Under the pieces are notes generated by a model that was not told the DNA's origin, did not search any database, and was given only the letters and a program-made list of their open reading frames with translations. A program made the position numbers and the translations under genes. From Octopus vulgaris (taxonomy: Eukaryota), in contig OX597822.1 of assembly GCA_951406725.2 (NCBI GenBank), forward strand, positions 558,001 to 622,000: a stretch of DNA of 64,000 bases. Direction: 5' to 3'. Of this stretch, positions 39,870 to 55,260 are shown piece after piece. The stretch's first letter is position 1, and every line of letters begins with the position of its first letter.

Positions 39870-40458
39870 CCAGTGTCAAATTAATCACAGAACTTGAGGC
39901 GATCCAACGAAGCTACACGAAGATGGCCTCTGTGCAGCATATAAGCTACTGGGAAAGACTCAAGAGATTAAGACTATATTTCTTAGAGCGTAGGAGAGAA
40001 AGATATGCCATAATATACATCTGGAAGATCCTAGAAGGACTTGTCCCAAACTTTGGCATCAAGAGTTACACAAATGCTAGAACTGGGCGCCACTGCATAG
40101 TGCCAAGGACTCCAAATTTGCCATCAAGATGTAGGACAAGATACTGTGATAGCCTGGGCTTCCGAGGCCCACAGCTCTTCAATATCCTCCCGAAGAACCT
40201 GAGAGACCTGCATGGGGTGAATGCAAATGTCTTTAAAATAAAACTGGATCTCTTCCTGTCAGGTGTTCCAGATGAACCAACTTCACGACAGGAGGTGCAG
40301 ATGAGGGCAGCTGCATCGAACTCTCTCATGCACCAAATGGCAGTTGTTAAAAAGCATTCGTGAAGTAAAACCATGTAGCAACACCAAATGGCGGTGCTCA
40401 GCATGGCCATAGCTCGTGAGCTGAAACTAGATAAAATAAAAATAAAATAAAAAAAAAA
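39870..40458 (+). mobile_element. CR1-like LINE 3' end
   Basis: LEAIQRSYTK, SYWERLKRLRLY.LERRRER, GPQLFNILP, FKIKLD.FL; A-rich tail. Confidence 0.85.
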
Positions 40459-40750
40459 ACGGGGCTGAGTATTTCACTGACACGTGTAACTTGAACGTAA
40501 TTCTCAGACAGAATCAACCTCATGTACAGTATGTGACAAGGCTGTACCTTTACAATCTACTGATGAGCTTCGGTGCAGTTTTTGTATATTCAGTTATTCA
40601 GTTTCCATAACAAGATATGGACCGATCCGACGCTTCAGAGAATTCCGTTTATTCAAGAGAATCTTCAGTGAGAACGGCGCGAAACATTTAGGTTGGGTAG
40701 AAGCGAACTTTTTAACCTTTCAACTATATTGCACTTTCTCTCTCAATATA

Positions 40751-41164
<414 letters not shown>

Positions 41165-41643
41165 ATATATATGTATATATATATCGGGAAAATTCACAAC
41201 AAACAGATGTATATATACTTATATGTAAATATCATATGCATATATTACATACACACATATACTGTATGTGCGTTTATATGCATGTATACCATTATGTATA
41301 TGTATATATACAGAAACTGAGAGAGCGGGGAAAGAGAGAGAAAGAGATAGAGAAAGAGATAAATAGATAGATAGATATATATTGAGAGAGGGAGAAAGAG
41401 AAGTTGACATTGAGGCTGAAAGTGAAAGTATGAAAATGATGATAAGGAGAGGCAGTAAATGAGAGCAACTGATTGGTTGAATGGGAAACGCTGGAAAAAT
41501 GACGAATAGCTTTGTGAGTTTACGACGTGCCAAACGCGAACGGTCTTTGCTTCTCTTTCTCTCTCTTTATCGCTCTCCCTCTTTCCCCATACACATACAC
41601 ATACACACAGTAGAATATCGGGAAAGAGAGACTACAGATAGAT

Positions 41644-41687
<44 letters not shown>

Positions 41688-42474
41688 GAGAGAGAACGAG
41701 CTTTGTATTAGGACGTCGCTACATAAACAGACCGTTAGACGTTGTGTTATGTTGTTAATTTAAGTTGGGGGATTTTGAAGCCGGATTGGCTTTTGAATGT
41801 TATCGATCCGCGGCCATTAATAATACTTTTAATATCCAAACAATGTTCATTTATTGTAGAATTTTGACAGATACAAGTATTTAATTGTCTTTTATTGTTT
41901 GAATAATATTATAGTGACTCTGACAAGAAGAACTCATCAAATATCTTCGTTAAAAAGGAAAAAAAAAATGTTAAGGAAACGGTTCTTTCAATTTTAACTG
42001 GAAAGCAAAAGAAAAAAGAAAGGAAAAAAGAAAAGAAAAAGAAGCAAAATCAAAAACCAAAAGAACAAACAAAATAAAAACACTTCAGATTCTTGGTCCT
42101 CTCACACCGAATTCCACCCACACCACCGGTTCCCACTGCCATCACCACCAGCACCAGCACCAGCACCAGCATCACCACCACCACCACCATCACCACCACC
42201 ACCACCACCACCACCGTTAACACCGCCGCCACTGCCGCCACCGCTGACGCCACCGCTGCCGCCGCCACGGCCACCACCACCACAACCACCACCACCACCG
42301 TTGCTACCACCCTCATCACTGCCGCCACCCTCACCACTTCTACCACCACAATCGATGCTTGAACCGCCATCCGCTACCCGTCACCCGGCACCGCCAATTC
42401 AAATTCATGTATGTTCTTCAGCCACAAGACAGAAATATGGAAGTATAACTACTACCACCACCACCACCACCACC

Positions 42475-42528
<54 letters not shown>

Positions 42529-43197
42529 GGTTTCAAATTTTGGCGCAAGACCAACAGTTTCGACGACGTTGTCAGTCGTTTAAAGCGACTCCAGTGTTCA
42601 ACTGATATTTATTTTATCGGCCCCGAAAGGATGAAAGGCAAAGTCGACCTCGGTGGAATTTGAACGCAGAACGTAAGGACGGAGGAAATGCCGTTAAGCA
42701 TTTTGCCTGGCGTGCTAACCATTCTGCCAGCTTGTCGCTTTCATAATCCCTTCCACTAACGGCATAAGGCCTGACATTTTAGGGAGGAGCTAGTTGATTA
42801 TATCTACCCCAGTGCGTAACTGGTATTTATTTCATCGACCTCGAGAGGATGAAAGGCAAAGTCGACCTCAGCGGAATTTGAACTCAGAACGTAAAGACAG
42901 ACGAAATATTGCTAAGCATTTCGCCTTGTGTGCTAACGTTTCTGACAGATTGCCGCTTTCCTTAATAGTAATATTAACAATAGTTTCAAATTTTGCCGCA
43001 AGGGTAGCCATTTTTTGGGGGAGGGGATAAGTTGATTACATCGACTCCAGTGTTTCACTGGTACTTAATTTATCAAACCCGAAAGAATGAAAGATAAATT
43101 CGACCTCAGCGAAATTTGAACTCAGAACGTAGCGACGGGTGAAATACTGCTAGGCATTTCTTCCAGCGTGCCAACTATTCTGCCATCTCACCGCCTT
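42529..43197 (-). mobile_element. Three tandem SINE family B copies
   Basis: Cores at about 42620, 42840 and 43080; heads end at about 42740, 42959 and 43197. Confidence 0.85.
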
Positions 43198-43446
<249 letters not shown>

Positions 43447-43813
43447 CAGCGCACTTAGAGAGCGCAAATCTACGCCAAGGCAACACGAACGTCAGCTCAA
43501 CGATTAGCCAGAGATAATTTTTAAAATGAGAATATCTGAAATAAACTCGACTGCTCTCACAAACGAGAATACTAAAAATGAACCCAACTGCTTTCAAACA
43601 TTAAGTAAAAAAACCGGAAAAATAATCAAAAAACCTTTGTCCGGTATCAGATCAATCCCCAAATCTAATCAATTTGTGCCAGTCATACGGCCAAACATCC
43701 CTGAAAATTTTATCCGAATCCATCCAGCGGTTCTTGAGATATCTTGTCCATGGTCAAACAAACAAAGAAACACGACTGAAACAATACCCCCGTCTTCGCT
43801 AAAGCGGAGATGA
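43447..43813 (+). mobile_element. Non-autonomous Helentron/HINE-like element
   Basis: 5' GCACTTAGAGAGCGCAAATCTACGCCAAGGC; 3' hairpin CCGTCTTCGCTAAAGCGG preceded by an ACAAACAAAG..ACAC tract. Confidence 0.5.
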
Positions 43814-43814
43814 C

Positions 43815-43875
<61 letters not shown>

Positions 43876-43881
<6 letters not shown>

Positions 43882-44391
43882 GATGGTATAGGCACACACC
43901 AGAAAAGGTCACAGAAAACGAGAAAGCAACCATACTCTGGGATATGCCGATACACACAGATAGAGAAATTAAGGCCAACAGACCAGATATAGTTGTCAGA
44001 GATCATGAAGAAAAAAAATGCTTTCTAATTGATGTATCAATACCGGCAGATGACAACGTGTCTCTAAAAGAAATGGAGAAACTCTCAAAATACAAAGACC
44101 TGGAAATAGAGGTAACTAGAATATGGAATCTGAAAACAGAAACAATTCCTATCATAGTAGGTGCATTAGGCATGATAAAAAAATATTCAGACAAATACAT
44201 AACAAAAACACCAGGATTTACAAACACATATAACATACAGAAAAATGCACTACTAGGCACTGCACACATCCTACGCAGAACACTTTCCATACAATAACCA
44301 TCAGAGCATCACAACAAATCACAGCACATACCCAAGGCACACAGAGCTGCGCTCGGTAGTGAAGTGAAAGCACGCTATAAAAATAAAACTA

Positions 44392-44394
<3 letters not shown>
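43876..44394 (+). mobile_element. R4/Dong-like LINE 3' fragment in (AAT)n
   Basis: ANRPDIVVRD...IDVSIP...EKLSKYKDL restriction-like endonuclease; 3'UTR near-identical to 46381-46478. Confidence 0.9.
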
Positions 44395-44427
<33 letters not shown>

Positions 44428-44847
44428 CTTGTCAGTTGTTTGACCATAACCAGTTGAGCATGTCCCTTAGTGGCTGACGATATGTGCATCTCTGATCACG
44501 AGCAGAAGTAGTGGGGGAGCATCATAGCCATGTGTTGAGAGGGATTCTTTGGGGTTTAAATAATTCACCTCTGGAAACATGGGTGTTTCGTTCAACGTCC
44601 TTAAACAACCCTTATTCAGGGACCTTTTGAGCAGGATGGGTTACTCGATCTGAAGAAAATTCTAACTGGGCTCCACCTGCAAGGTCATGTGCTGTTTATC
44701 TTGATATGAGATCACCATGTCGCGCACATATGGTTGTGATGCATGTGCCTGGTGTACCCTTATCAGACGGGTAGTCATGATGGGTATACTGGGCTTCGTA
44801 TATTTTACCCCAGTGTCACGTTGATGGCATGCTCTGCTCGCTCACTC
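44428..44847 (+). mobile_element. Non-coding repeat E, 5' truncated, in (AAT)n
   Basis: Near-identical to 47358-47778. Confidence 0.8.
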
Positions 44848-44940
<93 letters not shown>

Positions 44941-44977
44941 TATAGTAATAATAATAATAATAATAGTAATAATAATA

Positions 44978-46477
44978 ACAAATACTTAGGAATCCATGAA
45001 CTAGATAAGACACAACACTCACAAATGAAAGAGAAAATAAAAAAAGAATATTATAGACGAGTTAGATCTAAACAGAGCTCAATGCTAAAAACAAAATAAT
45101 AGGTATTAACACTTTAGCTGTCCCAGTTATAAGTTACAGCTACAATATCCTTAACTGGGCACTAAATGAACTGTCCAAAATAGATAGGAAAACAAGAAAA
45201 ATAATGACAGGATCTAGGATGCATCACCCAAAATCTGACATAGAAAGACTATATATACAACGTATAGAAGGTGGTAGAGGCCTTATACAGCTGGAAAACT
45301 ACTATAAAATAACCACCATAGGACTGCAAAAATATCTACTTCAGAAGGAAGGAAAACTGATACAAATAGTGGCAAAACACGAGCAAAACAAAAAAACTGT
45401 TCTCAGTATTTAAGGAAGCTGACAAATACAAACAAGAAATCATACCACCTAACAAATATAAAGAAGAAGAAGAAGAAGAAGAAGAAGAAGAAGAAGAAGA
45501 AGAAGAAGAAGAAGAAGAAGAAGAAGAAGAAGAAGAAGAAGAAACAACAAAAGCTATAAAACAAATGAAATCCAAACTAAAACTAGAATAGCAAAGAACC
45601 ATGATAAAACGATGGCAAGAAAAACCCCTTCACGGTAAATACTGGACTAAACTAAATGCAAAAGAAATAGACAAAGAAAAATCCCAGCAATGGTTGAGAA
45701 GCTCAGGACTCAAAGCAGAGACAGAGGGATTTTTAATTGCAGCACAAGACCAAAGCCTCCCCACCAGAAATTACCAAAAACATGTAATGAAAAGAAATAT
45801 AACAAGTAACTGCAGAATATGTGGAGATGGACAAGAAACAATAAATCATATTATCTCTGGCTGCCCAGTCCTGGCTAAGAAGGAATATATTCACAGACAT
45901 GACAGAGTTGGAACCTACATACACTGGAAGCTATGCCAACTTTATGGAATAACAACAGAAAAAAGATGGTATAGGGACACACGAGAAAAGGTCACAGAAA
46001 ACGAGAAAGCAACCATACTTTGGGATATGCCGATACACACATTTAGAGAAATTAAGGCCAACAGACCAGATATAGTTATCAGAGATCATGAAGAAAAAAA
46101 ATGCTTTCTAATTGATGTATCAATACCGGCAGATGACAACGTGTCTCTAAAAGAAATGGAGAAACTTTCAAAATACAAAGACCTGGAAATGGAGGTAACC
46201 AGAATGTGGAATCTGAAAACAGAAACAATTCCTATCATAGTAGGTGCATTAGGCATGATAAAAAAATATTCAGACAAATACATAACAAAAACACCAGGAC
46301 TTACAAACACATATAACATACAGAAAATTGCACTACTAGGCACTGCACACATCCTACGCAGAACACTTTCCATACAATAACCATCAGAGCATCACAACAA
46401 ATCACAGCACATACCCAAGGCACACAGAGCTGCTCTCGGTAGTGAAGTGAAAGCACGCTATAAAAAATAAAACTTCG

Positions 46478-46478
<1 letters not shown>
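44978..46478 (+). mobile_element. R4/Dong-like LINE, 5' truncated, in (AAT)n
   Basis: KYLG, GGRGL, CCHC knuckle CRICGDGQETINHIISGC, RHD, RPD..D..EK RLE domain; stop codon and frameshifts upstream of 45601. Confidence 0.92.
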
Positions 46479-47225
<747 letters not shown>

Positions 47226-47778
47226 GCCCTGATGCAGTACCAGGCAGTGGCTCACATGGTTTCTGATCTTAACTGACTGGAAGTGTTATCATGTACATTG
47301 TTTGTTTTGGTATAAAAGATGGCCTACAGCAAATATTCTGCTCAATACCACAGATTTGCTTATCAGTTGTTTGACCATAACCAGTTGAGCATGTCCCTTA
47401 GTGGCTGACGATATGTGCATCTCTGATCACAAGCAGAAGTAGTGGGGGAGCATCATAGCCATGTGTTGAGAGGGATTCTTTGGGGTTTGAATAATTCACT
47501 TCTGGAAACATGGGTGGTTCTTTCTACATCCTTAAACAACCCTTATTCAGGGACCCTTTGAGCTGGATGGGCTACTCGACCTGAAGAAAATTCTAAGTGG
47601 GCCCCACCTGCAAGGTCATGCACTGTTTATCTTGATATGAGATCACCATGTCGCGCACATATGGTTGTGATGCATGTGCCTGGTGTACCCTTATCAGACG
47701 GGTAGTCATGATGGGTATATTGGGCTTCGTATATTTTACCCCAGTGTCACTTTGATGGCATGCACTGCTCTCTCACTC
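47226..47778 (+). mobile_element. Non-coding repeat E, longest copy
   Basis: Three copies in the window share the 3' end CTCACTC-AAT. Confidence 0.8.
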
Positions 47779-47788
47779 AATCATCATC

Positions 47789-47847
<59 letters not shown>

Positions 47848-47929
47848 ACTAATAATAATAATAATGATAATAATAATAATAACAGCAACAACAACAACAG
47901 CAACAACAACAGGAACAACAACAGTAATA

Positions 47930-48137
47930 ATCCTTTCTACTGGAAGCACAAAGCCTCAAATTTGGGGGAACGGATTAAGTCGACCACATCGACCACAGTG
48001 CGTAACTGGTACTTATTTAATCGACCCCGAAAGATGAAGGGCTAAGTCGACCTCGGCGGGATTTGAGCTCAGAATGTAGCGGCAGACGAAATACCGCATT
48101 TCGCCCAGCGTGCTAACGATTCAGCCAGCTCTCCGCC

Positions 48138-48139
<2 letters not shown>
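47930..48139 (-). mobile_element. SINE family B
   Basis: Reverse complement of family B, flanked by (AAT)n. Confidence 0.85.
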
Positions 48140-48207
<68 letters not shown>

Positions 48208-48733
48208 GTAGAAGAAAATCAACAACAACACCACCAACAAGAACATTAGCAACGGTGCTAATGATTTTTCTAACAGAACAACAAACACTACAAAAGTAAT
48301 AACAACAATAGCAAACCTTCCTCATCTTCAACATCACCCCTCCTCCTCCTCCTCCTCCTCCTCGACGTCGTCGTTGTCGTTGTCATTATCACCGCCACCA
48401 TAGTAACCACCACTTCTTCCCCCTCCTCCTCTTCCTCCTCCTCAGTATCATCCTCATCCTCATCTACTCAGCCCCCACCCTAACCGATCCCTACTGCTTC
48501 TTCTTCTTTCCTCCTCCTCCCCTCCTCCTCGTCCTCCTCCCCCTCTGTAAAGACGGTGGGGGTTAAAATGACAATCAATAATATTTGTGATGCGAAACTA
48601 ATAATATTCATATATTCTAAATATTTAAATATATTTTGTCAAATCAGCGGAGTTGAATCATTTTATATAAATAGAAAACTGGATGATGACGATGATGATG
48701 ACGATGATGATGATGATGACGATGATGATGATG

Positions 48734-48764
<31 letters not shown>

Positions 48765-48994
48765 TGATGATGGTATTGACGACAAGGATGGTAATGAGAG
48801 GCTGATGGTAATGATGGTGACAATATCGGTAGTGGTGGCGGTGGCGGTGGCGGTGACAGTAATAAATGGCAGTTGCCGTCGTGGAGGTAGTGGAGGTAGT
48901 GGAGGTAGTGGATGTTGGGGGCGGAGGATGTAGTGTTGGATGACGCTTATAATGGTTGGTGTTGCTTGTGCGGCTGCAGTTGTTATTGCTGTTG

Positions 48995-49370
48995 TTGTTG
49001 GTTGAGCGAAGCGGTCTTCGTCCCGTCTGTAGTGGGAGAAGTCCGAAACGTGCTCCTTTGCTATTCGTAAGACCCGCAGAAACGAAAGCAGGTCAACCCC
49101 TGACACCGAGAGCATCGACGGATGGATGAATGTGCATCCAGGCTCAGCGGTTGCGTAGGATGTTGGGGACAGGAAACAGGAAGAAAGAGTGAGAGAAAGT
49201 TGGAGCGAAAGAGTACAACAGAGGTAGCCACCCCATCCCCCACTGCCGGAGCATCGTGGAGCTTTAGGTGTTTTCGCTCAATAAACACACACAACGTCCG
49301 GTCAGAGAATCGAAACCGCGATCCTCCGACCGCGTGTTCGCTGCCCTAACCACTGGGCCATTGCGCCTCC
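48995..49370 (-). mobile_element. SINE family C variant with a different tail
   Basis: Minus strand GGAGGCGCAATGGCCCAGTGGTTAGGGCAGCG...GGTTTCGATTC. Confidence 0.8.
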
Positions 49371-50252
49371 TTGCTGTAGTTGTTGTTGGTAGTGGTGATG
49401 TTGGCTGTGGTGGTTGTGTCGATGGTGGAAACATCATACTACTGGAACTATAAAAACAGCAGCCAATCTAAGACAACAATACGACAACATCCTCCTCCTC
49501 ATCATCATCAACAACAACAACAACAACAACAGCAGCAACTGAAAGACAAGAGCAATTAAATTATGGGAACAAGAACAACAGCAACAACGATGACGCCAGT
49601 AACAACAACAACAGCAGCAGCTTTGATAATAATACTTTTTTTCAGATGGACAGCAGAAATATATAAAGAAACATTAAAATGTTACAAGACAATAATAGGA
49701 CTCGGTGTATGTTGAATGCTTGTAACAAACTATGCATATACTCCTACATACACTTACACACATGCATATAACCAACACTCACCACGCACACACACGCGCA
49801 TTAATAATTTGCTAACTGCTGTCAGTAATTTGTTAAAATATATCAATTACTCTACTGAGTTGTGTCGAGGTCTCTATGTGGCGTTCATTTTGTACACACA
49901 CGCATACACACATATGTGTATGTGTGTATGTCTTTAAAGCTCAACTTTGCCTTTAATCCTTTCGGGATCTAAAAAGTAAGTACTAGTTGAACCTTTGGGT
50001 CAATGTAATCGACTTACCTACCCCCACTGAAATTGCTGGCCTTGTGCCAAAATTTGAAAGCATTGTTGCTATTGTTCAGCGAGCAGGCGAATTCGTTATT
50101 ACGCATGATAAACTGCTCTGTGGTATTTCTTTCGGCTTTTTGCGCTCTGAGTTCAAATGCCTCTCAGGCTGACTTTGCTTTACATTCTTTCGAAATCGTT
50201 GTACTAGTTTAAATTTGTTAGTCTTATACTAAGATTAGAAAGCATTGTTATT

Positions 50253-50733
50253 GAGTGAGAGAGTAGCACATATTATCAAAGTGACACTGGGGTAAAATAT
50301 ACGAAACCCAGTATACCCATCATGACTACCCATCTGGTAAGGTAACACCAGGCACATGCATCACAAACATACGTGCGCGACATGGTGATCTCATATCAAG
50401 ATACACAGCAGATGACCTTGCAGGTGGGACCTAATTACAATTTTCTTCAGGTCAAGTAGCCCATCCCGCTCAAAAGCTCCCTGAATATGGGTTGTTTAAA
50501 GATGTTGAACAAACATCCATGTTTCCAGAGGTGAATTATTCAACCACAAAGAATTCCTCTCAACATATGGCTATGATGCTACCCTACTACTTCTGCTCGT
50601 GATCAGAGATGCACATATTGTCAGCCAGCAAGGCACATGCTCAACTGGTTATGGCCCAAACAACTAACAAGCAAATATGTAGTATTGCACAAAATATTTG
50701 CTGTAGTCTATCTATTATACCAAGATAAAACAT
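50253..50733 (-). mobile_element. Repeat E, diverged copy
   Basis: Reverse complement of 47300-47778. Confidence 0.8.
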
Positions 50734-51852
50734 GTTTCTTCTGACGTTGACAAGTTTGTTACTGTCTATGTAAGGTCTTACTTCAAGGTGCTTCTGTCTC
50801 CATTTTAAGTAGGTTTGTACAGTATTAGATTTATTTGTCGGGAAATATATGGCATGGTAGAAGGCCGTAAAAACTTCTCTATTATCTTCTCTTGACCATT
50901 TTTCATTCTTTGCCTTTTGGTTATTTGATGACGAGCATGGATGGCCATCTGTTGAAATATTCCGGTTGTGGGGGTACTTCCAGCTCCTGTGTGTCGGGAA
51001 GATTTGAACCAGTAGCTGACTTTTCGTACCGAATCTGGTTCATCATTCGAGTACGTGGCCCTTTGTAATCCGGTCAATGACCATTCTGTTTGTATTTTGC
51101 TTTGTTAACAGTGAGGTATGGCGAGCTTCGACGTTGGCATTAGGGGATGGATCTGTCTGTTTAGGGTTAATTTTTTGAGACAACACCGTCTCCGAGTTCT
51201 CTGCATGTAAACATTGCTAGTAACGTAGCTTCTTAAGGCTAACGGGTCTGTATTCGTTTGTATTTTTTGTGTTGATAGATTTATCTCCGAGCATAATTTA
51301 TTGTGGTGTTTCTAAACTTATGAATGGTTCACTCTGTCTGTGTTAGCTCGAAAAATAAAAGGAAAAAGAAAAAAGTTTTGTTTTTGTTTTTGCTTCGTTT
51401 GTGACACGTGTTTTCATATGCGTTGTGTGTGTCCTGTAAATTTCACGCAGCTGTGTAAACATTGAGATGTATGTGTAGTCCTATGGGTATCAAAATGTAT
51501 AAATGATTGAGTAGACATTCGAGTGCATGCGTAATTACTCAATTTATGTACTTACTATTTTGTTCTATCTCTATTTTATAATTTGTAAGCTTTCCAGTGT
51601 TGATTTCGCGTGTGTTTCGCACATGTTTCACTGAGACATCGTGCATAGGAGAAACTGTGCTTCGTATGGCAATAAAATTTGGTTTTTTTAAAAAATATTT
51701 TCGTTAAAAGACCGCTTCCTTCAAGTCTTCCACAGGTTTCTTTATCTAATTCCATCGACGTTATTGGATTAGATTTGTTTTTGAATGGGGAACCCGGTGG
51801 AGCACATGCAACATCCATGTTGTTATCTTATTATTATGATTATTACTATTAC

Positions 51853-51906
<54 letters not shown>

Positions 51907-52624
51907 CATTATTATTATTATCGATTAATTACCTGTTCAGACGCATTTCTGATAGCGCTCTTAAAAATCGGATAGCCCTTAGCCTGTATCATTCATATTG
52001 ATATGTTTGTCCCAAGCGTCTATGCTTACTGTCACATCTTTAGCTAGACCTTGTTTCATCTTTAGCTAGACCCTGTTTCATGTGTTCTGAGTAACTCTGT
52101 TGGTTAAGTAAATTTAGGAATATGTATCATATATGATGGCTGGACACCATGGAAATATGTCCTGTGTATCATGTAATACAAAGGACTTGCAAGCTCTGTT
52201 ACTCTATCATATAGCTGCCGTACTAATTTGAGACGTGAGAACAAAGGTGAACCTGACGGCGTTGTCCCCTGGTTCGGGGACACTTTATTCGTACAAAAAG
52301 ATTAAGTCGTCAGTGATGAAGTAATTTTTGGCCTTTACAGTTATGCAAGTTGTTATGGCCTCACAATAACTAAACAATTCTGGATGGTATCCTGTGGTGA
52401 GTGTTGAGAAAAAGGCTTCGCGACTGGTCGTTTAAAGTAGAAAGCTTCCTTCTACACATGTAGAAGTAGAAGTCATTTCAAGGATCTCTACCCAGAAGAG
52501 CTGGGAGAGTTACAATAAATAAACAAACAAATAAACAAATAAAGAAATACATAAAAGCTAGAGTAGGCTGCGGAGGTCTAACGTAACTGTTATAGCTATT
52601 GAGCAATTCAGAGAGAGGGAGAGG

Positions 52625-52657
<33 letters not shown>

Positions 52658-53113
52658 GGGGGAGACGCAATCTCATCGCCTTAAATATGGTGAGATAGTG
52701 TGACTGACTTTTGGGACAAGCACGTGAGACAAGGAAAAATACAGCACAAAACACAAAACAAAACGTATCCAGAGAAGCCCATCTCTCTCAACGTCGCACA
52801 TATTCAACTCTACTAAAAAACAAAAAATGGAAATAAAGGAGCTGACGAAATACTCAAATACTGCAATAGAGAGGTTAATAAGAAACCTTCGAGCATTTTT
52901 ATGAACCTCTTTATGTAACCCACAGCCACGACGTAAACCATCATAAGCAGCCGAACCAGTAACAATAACAGCAACAACATCAACAGCAAACAGCAGCAAG
53001 AACAGATACCAAAACTGGTGTTGCAAGAGACCCATCGTAGGTTGCTCCGTGAATGGGCATGGAGACCTTGGAATTTTCTGCTGACGGTTAGAAGGCTGTT
53101 CTTTTCTCGAATA

Positions 53114-53259
<146 letters not shown>

Positions 53260-53575
53260 GTTTATCTGTCTGTCTGCCTCGCTATCTCTCTCTTCCCCCT
53301 CTTCCTCTTCCCTCTCTCTCTCTCTCTTTCTTTTACACTCGTTTTCTTCTCTCTTCAGTATTTTCAGAGAGTAAATTAAATGGCAGCGAGCGAGTGTACA
53401 TGGGAAAGAGAAGCAGCGAGAGTGAGAAATCCAAAGAGACTGGGGCGCGCGCGCGCCAGGCTTTCTCGCTCTCATTTGTGTGTTTACGTGCGCAATGTAA
53501 GTGTTGTTGCTGCTATTGATAAAGCTGTATAAAGCATGTATATAGCTACATATGTATGTGTGATTGTATATGAAT

Positions 53576-53607
<32 letters not shown>

Positions 53608-53618
53608 TCATATACATA

Positions 53619-53733
<115 letters not shown>

Positions 53734-53799
53734 GTGTGTGTGCTTGTACATATATATATATACATATACATACATACATACATACATATGTGTGTGTGC

Positions 53800-53878
<79 letters not shown>

Positions 53879-53937
53879 CGAGTATGTATGACATAGAGAG
53901 AGCGTGCTGAAGTGCATATGTATATGTGGGTGTACAT

Positions 53938-54293
53938 CTTTATCTTTTATCATTAGACTGTGGTCGTGCTGGGGCATTGCCTTGAAGAAATTTAGGATGA
54001 GTCAGCCTTTTATTTCTTTTATCGAACCGCTAAGTAACAGGGTCATAAACACACGGTCACCGGTATTCACTCAGTAGTGGGGGGACATACACAACAACAA
54101 CAACAACAACACAAACACACAAACATACATGCATACAACAGGCTTCTTTCCAGTTTCCGTCTACCAAATCTACCCAGAACGCTTTGGTTGGCTCGAGGCT
54201 ATTGTAGAAGACATTTGTCCAAGGTGACACGCTGTGGAACTGAACCCAGAACCATAGGGTTAGTAAGCATACTTCTTACCACACAGCTACGCC
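53938..54293 (-). mobile_element. SINE family A
   Basis: Tail and head in reverse orientation. Confidence 0.75.
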
Positions 54294-54563
54294 TGTATGT
54301 ATTTACGAATGTATATAATTATTATACAATATATTGTGCCCACCTACATGTTGTGTTGCAAGTTAGAAAGAAAATCTATAGAATTTACTCTATATGTAAA
54401 TGAATATAGATGTGTATATTGAGGCACAGGCCTACAAATATAGTCATTTGCTCACCCATGTCCACGACTGCACACGTATCAATGTGTGCCTGTCTAAACA
54501 CACATATATGTATATGTAGTTGTGTATGTGTCTCTCTTTCTTTCTTTCTTTCTGTCTATCTGA

Positions 54564-54657
<94 letters not shown>

Positions 54658-54780
54658 CTCTGTCTGTCTGACTGTCTGTCCGACTGTCTGTCCGTCTGTC
54701 TGTCCGTCTCTCTGTCTATCGATCTATTTTTCTGTCTGTATAGGTATATTTATGCATACGCTCACGAACACACACACACA

Positions 54781-54821
<41 letters not shown>

Positions 54822-54872
54822 GCACACACGTACAATACTCCCCAATACTACCCTTTTACACATGCACGTAAA

Positions 54873-55260
54873 GTAGTGGAGCTGGCAGAATCGTTAGCAT
54901 GCTGGCCGCTATGCTTAGCAGCATTTCGTCTGCCGCTACGTTCTAAGTTCAAATTCCGCCGAGGTCGACTTTGCCTTTCATCCTTTCGGGGTCGATTAAA
55001 TAAGCACCAGTTACGCACTGGGGTCGATATAATCGACTTAATCCGTTTGTCTGTCCTTGTTAGCCCCTTGTGGGTAGTAAAGAAAAAGAAATAGGTATTT
55101 CGTACATCTTCCACGTTCTCAATTCACATTTCGCCGAATTCGACTTTGCCTCTCATCCTTTCGGGATCGATAAAATAAGTACGTATGAGTACTGGGGTCG
55201 ATGTAATCGACTTAAGTCATCCCCTGAAATTGCTGGCCTTGTGTCAATATTTGAAACCAT
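54873..55260 (+). mobile_element. SINE family B, dimeric form
   Basis: Two GACTTTGCCT.TCATCCTTTCGGG cores. Confidence 0.85.

Noticed and set aside
42050-42530. Mucin-like Thr/Ala-rich ORF
   Set aside because: (ACC/GCC)n low-complexity repeat with no splice or domain support
50740-51780. Possible decayed retroelement with GAAAC-rich motifs on the minus strand
   Set aside because: No protein motif or complete ribozyme fold could be assigned
52673-53035. Minus-strand ORF with signal-peptide-like start (MGLLQHQFWYLFLLLFAV)
   Set aside because: The hydrophobic stretch derives from a low-complexity CAA/CAG tract; no recognisable domain or clear splice donor
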